A DNA stretch of 64,000 nt from Vulcanimicrobiota bacterium (GTDB taxonomy: Bacteria; Vulcanimicrobiota; Xenobia; Xenobiales; JADMJV01). A program made the translations under genes and the position numbers. Positions 60,294 to 64,000 of this stretch are shown in pieces; within the stretch, counting starts at the first letter, position 1, and every line of letters starts with the position of its first letter. A model generated the notes under the pieces. The model was not told where the DNA came from. It did no database searches and saw only the letters and a program-made list of their open reading frames with translations. The stretch lies in NCBI GenBank assembly GCA_050250895.1, contig JBFWNU010000002.1, positions 160,001 through 224,000 of the forward strand. The letters run 5' to 3'.

Positions 60294-60866
60294 CTAGATG
60301 GCCTCCTCGGCCCAGCGCAGCAAGAGCTGATGGCCGAATTCGCCGCTTTTTTCGGGATGAAACTGAAAGGCGCACAGGTTGTCACGCTGGACGGCGGCAC
60401 AGAAGCGACCTTCGTAGTCGGCTTCATAGAGCACGTCCTCGCCGCGGGTGGGAACGGCGTAATAACTGTTGACGAAATAGACGAACCCCTCCGGCCAGCC
60501 CTGGGGCGAGGTAACTTTGTTCCAGCCGATCTGGGGCACCTTGCGGGCCTGGAATTTGACCACCTGGCCGGGCACGAGACCCAGGCCGGGGACGCCCTGC
60601 GACTCCTGGCTCGCGTCCAGCAGAATCTGAAGTCCCACGCAGATGCCGAGAAAAGGAACGCCGTCGGCCACGACCGCTTTCACCCGGGCGTCAAGACCCC
60701 CCTGAGCCAACCCCCTGGCCACCGCTCCGAAGGCGCCCACGCCGGGCAAGACCAGCGGCACCTCGCCGCTGGGGGTGTCGGTCAGGCGATAGGCAAGCTC
60801 GAGACGCTGCAGGCAACGCTGCAGACTGCCCAGATTGCCCCCGCCATAGTCGACCACTTCAAGCAT
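60294..60866 (-). CDS. hisH: Imidazole glycerol phosphate synthase glutaminase subunit
   Basis: DYGGGN, LPGVGAF, GICVGLQ, VPQIGWN, QFHPEKS. Confidence 0.96.
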   Translation of the reverse strand: MLEVVDYGGGNLGSLQRCLQRLELAYRLTDTPSGEVPLVLPGVGAFGAVARGLAQGGLDARVKAVVADGVPFLGICVGLQILLDASQESQGVPGLGLVPGQVVKFQARKVPQIGWNKVTSPQGWPEGFVYFVNSYYAVPTRGEDVLYEADYEGRFCAAVQRDNLCAFQFHPEKSGEFGHQLLLRWAEEAI

Positions 60867-61446
60867 CGATCATCCCTTTGGTGCTCAGGGTCTGGCCGCC
60901 TTCGAGGGGAGTCACGGCCCGACGCAGGGCCCGGCCGAACCCCTTCATGGCCGACTCGATCAGGTGATGGTCATTGTCGAAGGCCACCGGATGCACGTGA
61001 ATGGCCGCCCGGGCCGAGTCGGCCAGACCTTTGAAGAACTCGCGAAACAGGTTGGGATCGAGATTGCCCAGCGGAAAGGGCCCGAACTCGAGTTGCCACA
61101 CCAGCGTGCCCCGACCGCACAGGTCGAGAGCCACATTGGTCAGGGTTCCGTCCATGGCAAAACTAAAGCAGCCGGCCCGCTCGATGCCGCGATAACCCTC
61201 GCCCAGCGCCTGGGCCACGGCCTGGCCCAGCACGATGCCGGTGTCCTCCACCAGGTGGTGAGGGTCGACCTCGATATCGCCCCTGGCCCGCACCCACAGA
61301 CCGAAGCGGCCGTGACAGGCGAAGGCCTCGAGCATGTGGTCAAAGAAGGGCAGACCGGTGGCGATGTCGACCTCGCCGCCATCGAGATTTAGCTTCAGCT
61401 CGATCTGGGTCTCCCGGGTTTCACGTTTGACGCTGGCTTCACGCAT
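60859..61446 (-). CDS. hisB: Imidazoleglycerol-phosphate dehydratase
   Basis: RETRET, FFDHML, DPHHLVED, NDHHLIE, STKG. Confidence 0.96.
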   Translation of the reverse strand: MREASVKRETRETQIELKLNLDGGEVDIATGLPFFDHMLEAFACHGRFGLWVRARGDIEVDPHHLVEDTGIVLGQAVAQALGEGYRGIERAGCFSFAMDGTLTNVALDLCGRGTLVWQLEFGPFPLGNLDPNLFREFFKGLADSARAAIHVHPVAFDNDHHLIESAMKGFGRALRRAVTPLEGGQTLSTKGMIDA

Positions 61447-63109
61447 CGCTTTCCTCCATCATGAACAGTTGCTCGAGGCCGGCCACCGACTCCACCACCC
61501 AGTCGGCCCCGGCCCCACGCAGAGTCTCTTCGCTCTGGTTGGTGGTCACGGCCAGGGCTGTTAGGCCGGCGGCTTTGCCGGCGGCGATATCGTCCACCGA
61601 GTTGCCCACATAGTAGCCGCCCGCCAGGCCGTGGCGCGAGAGAAGGTCGAGCAACCCGTCGGGAGCCGGTTTGGGGCGCCCCGGGCGGTCGCCTTTGCAG
61701 AGCACTTCCTCAAACAGCCCGTCGAGGCGCTCGCCCCACACCGGAGCATACTCGGGGCGAGGCCGTCCGGTATAGACAAACAGCCGGTGGCGGCGGGCCA
61801 GCCGAGATAGCGATTCAGGCAAAAAGAGGGCTTTCTCGACCTGAGGAGCCAGTTCAAGATAGTGGGCCTGACCACGCCGTTCTACCTCGGCCAGCTCCAC
61901 GGGCGTCCCGCGGCGGCGCAGCAGTTCGGCGGTGGCCTCCCAGTCGTCGTTGAAACCGCCCTCGCGACGCAGGGCCGACAGCTCTGCGGCGGTCGCTCCC
62001 GAAAGCTCGAGGATGCAGCGGTCATAGCTCTCGGAGGTATCCACCAGCGTATCGTCCAGGTCGAATATCAGAGCCATGCGCCGGCCGAATTCTTCGAGCA
62101 CGCCGAGAAACTTCTCCATCTCGGCCGGGCTGCCCACCGACACCCGCACCGAGCCGCCCATGCGGGCCAACTGCGATCGGTCCCTGACCAGAATGCCGTG
62201 GTCGCGCATGAAGGCCTCGAGCTTGGGGGCGTCGGGGCCGGCCCAGAGCACGAAGAAGTTGGCCTCTCCCTCGGTCACCCGATAGCCCAGTTCGCGCACC
62301 CGAGCCAGCACTCGCTGCTTGAGCTGCATGGTCTGCTCGGCATAGCTGACCACCCGCTGGCGGTGGGGCAGCATCTCGAGCAAGGTCTTGACGGCCAGGC
62401 TATTGACCGAATAAGGCGAGCGCACCCGCCGCATCCATTCGATCACCTGGGGGTGGCCCACCAGATAGCCCAGGCGCAGGCCGGCCAGGCCCCAGGCCTT
62501 GGAGAAGGTGCGGCTCACCACCAGGTTGTCGGCCTCGAGCTCGAGGGCAGTCTGACCGCAATACTCGAAATAGGCCTCGTCGATGACGAACAACGTCTGC
62601 CGAAAACGCTCCAGCCAGCCGGCCAGCCGGGCCTGGGGCAGCATGGCTCCGGTGGGGTTGTCGGGCGAGGCCAGGATGGCCATCTTGGCGCCGGGTAGGG
62701 CGGCCTCGAGGCCGTCCAGGTCAAAGGTCAGGTCGGGGCACACCACCACCTCGGCCAGTTCGGCCCCGCATAGCTGCAGCGAGTGGGGAATGAGCGAGAA
62801 GGTCGGAGCCGACACTACCGCTTTTTCGCCTGGCTCGACGAAAGTAAAAGCGGCCACGAACAGTCCTTCGTCGCTGCCGTTGGTGATGAGCAGGCGCTCC
62901 TGGTCGAGGCCCAGCCAGCTGGCCAGGTGGTCGAGCAGCAACTGATATTCGGGATAGGCGGCTAAAAGCGAACTCTCGAGGCCGGGCAAAAGCTCGGGAA
63001 AGCCGGCGGTGTTCTCGTTGAAGTCCAGCCGAATGGCCTGGCGTCGTCCTTCGAGGGGCGGCCGGTAGGCCTTCATCGCCTGGACGGTGGCTCGAGCCTG
63101 GGGAATCAA
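61439..63109 (-). CDS. hisC: Histidinol-phosphate aminotransferase fused to a HAD-family phosphatase
   Basis: LDFNEN, NGSDE, SPDNPTG, DEAY, RTFSKAWGLAGLRLG; then FDLDDTL, KPAPD, YVGNSVDD. Confidence 0.92.
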   Translation of the reverse strand: MIPQARATVQAMKAYRPPLEGRRQAIRLDFNENTAGFPELLPGLESSLLAAYPEYQLLLDHLASWLGLDQERLLITNGSDEGLFVAAFTFVEPGEKAVVSAPTFSLIPHSLQLCGAELAEVVVCPDLTFDLDGLEAALPGAKMAILASPDNPTGAMLPQARLAGWLERFRQTLFVIDEAYFEYCGQTALELEADNLVVSRTFSKAWGLAGLRLGYLVGHPQVIEWMRRVRSPYSVNSLAVKTLLEMLPHRQRVVSYAEQTMQLKQRVLARVRELGYRVTEGEANFFVLWAGPDAPKLEAFMRDHGILVRDRSQLARMGGSVRVSVGSPAEMEKFLGVLEEFGRRMALIFDLDDTLVDTSESYDRCILELSGATAAELSALRREGGFNDDWEATAELLRRRGTPVELAEVERRGQAHYLELAPQVEKALFLPESLSRLARRHRLFVYTGRPRPEYAPVWGERLDGLFEEVLCKGDRPGRPKPAPDGLLDLLSRHGLAGGYYVGNSVDDIAAGKAAGLTALAVTTNQSEETLRGAGADWVVESVAGLEQLFMMEESDA

Positions 63110-63981
63110 AGAACGATCTTCTCCAGTTGGTATTCGAGGATGTCGGTGGCTCCCAGGGCCAGCAGCCGTGGAATCAAGCTGGGAGTCTCTTTCTTGGGCA
63201 CGGCCACTTTAACGGCAAAGCCTTTCTCGCCGTAGAGCGGTGAAACGGTGGGGCTGCGCATGGCCGGTAGCTCGGCGATGAGCTGCTCCATCTTGTCGGA
63301 GGGCACGTTCATCTCCAGCAGCACGCGCCGTTCGGCCTCGAGGGTGGCCTTGATCAACATGGTCAAGCGCTCGAGCTTATCCCGCTTGGCCGCGTCTTCG
63401 TAGAGGCCGCGATGGGCCACCAGGCGGGTGGTCGAGCGCAGCAGGGTGTCGATGATGACCAGGCGGTTGGAGACCAGGGTGGCTCCGGTCGAGGTGTTGT
63501 CGACGATCATGTCGGCATCTTCTGGCGGCAGCGCTTCGGTGGCCCCGAAGGTCTTGACGAAGACGGCTTCCAGCTTCTTTTGCTCGAGGTAGCGTTGCGT
63601 CAGCCGCTCGTATTCCGAAGCCACCACGATCGGCGAGGGGGCGCGCAGTTCTCCGTCCACCAGCAGGGCTTCGGGCACGGCGGCCACCAGACGCACCGGG
63701 TTAAAGCCCAGGTCCATCACTTCGATCAGGTTCGAGTCGGGTCCATCCAGGCCCAATTCGACCATCCAGTCGTGACCGACAAATCCGACGTCGTGGCGAC
63801 CGAGGTTGACCAGAGCCGCGATGTTCTGGGGTTTCAAGAACTTGGCTTCGACTTCGGGGTCCGAACAGGTGGGTCGGTAAGAGCGGGACCCAAACGAGAA
63901 TTCAACTCCCACCCGGGCCAGCAGCGCCAGCACCTTGTCCTGCAGCCGACCTTTGGGCAACAGCATCTGCAAACAAGTCAT
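63106..63981 (-). CDS. hisG: ATP phosphoribosyltransferase (long form)
   Basis: LPKGRL, GATE, ADMIVD--STG-TL, C-terminal LPAMRSPTVSPL regulatory domain. Confidence 0.95.
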   Translation of the reverse strand: MTCLQMLLPKGRLQDKVLALLARVGVEFSFGSRSYRPTCSDPEVEAKFLKPQNIAALVNLGRHDVGFVGHDWMVELGLDGPDSNLIEVMDLGFNPVRLVAAVPEALLVDGELRAPSPIVVASEYERLTQRYLEQKKLEAVFVKTFGATEALPPEDADMIVDNTSTGATLVSNRLVIIDTLLRSTTRLVAHRGLYEDAAKRDKLERLTMLIKATLEAERRVLLEMNVPSDKMEQLIAELPAMRSPTVSPLYGEKGFAVKVAVPKKETPSLIPRLLALGATDILEYQLEKIVL

Positions 63982-64000
63982 ACCGTCACGCGTTCGCTCA

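Overview
A 64-kb window of a high-GC bacterial chromosome, densely coded, with no rRNA, tRNA, CRISPR array or intact IS element that I can see. The many minor pilins and lineage-specific hypothetical proteins are reminiscent of Eremiobacterota/Vulcanimicrobiota, but that assignment is inference only. Housekeeping genes include a his operon (hisG, hisC-HAD fusion, hisB, hisH, hisF, hisA-hisIE fusion, hisD), guaA, tyrS, thpR, a class II photolyase, rlpA, an ecfA2-like ATPase and a double-length eukaryotic-type phosphofructokinase. There are also two type IV minor-pilin cassettes, two PilC/GspF genes, a PilZ-GAF histidine kinase and a REC-GGDEF cyclase. The standout is an island at about 13.7-22.6 kb. 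Two duplicated genes there, plus a decayed third, encode a PqqD/RRE-like domain, an internal twin-arginine-like signal and a domain with 20 conserved Cys. They alternate with four soluble histidine kinases whose input is a SnoaL/NTF2-like domain, and with a divergent pair of NarL/LuxR regulators, one of them a pseudo-receiver. No modifying enzyme is present. Also noted: a C-terminal motif shared by two otherwise unrelated proteins (possible sorting tag) and an orphan membrane-anchored FlgC-like protein. All family calls come from motif recognition by eye, not database searches. Many start codons were re-picked by hand.
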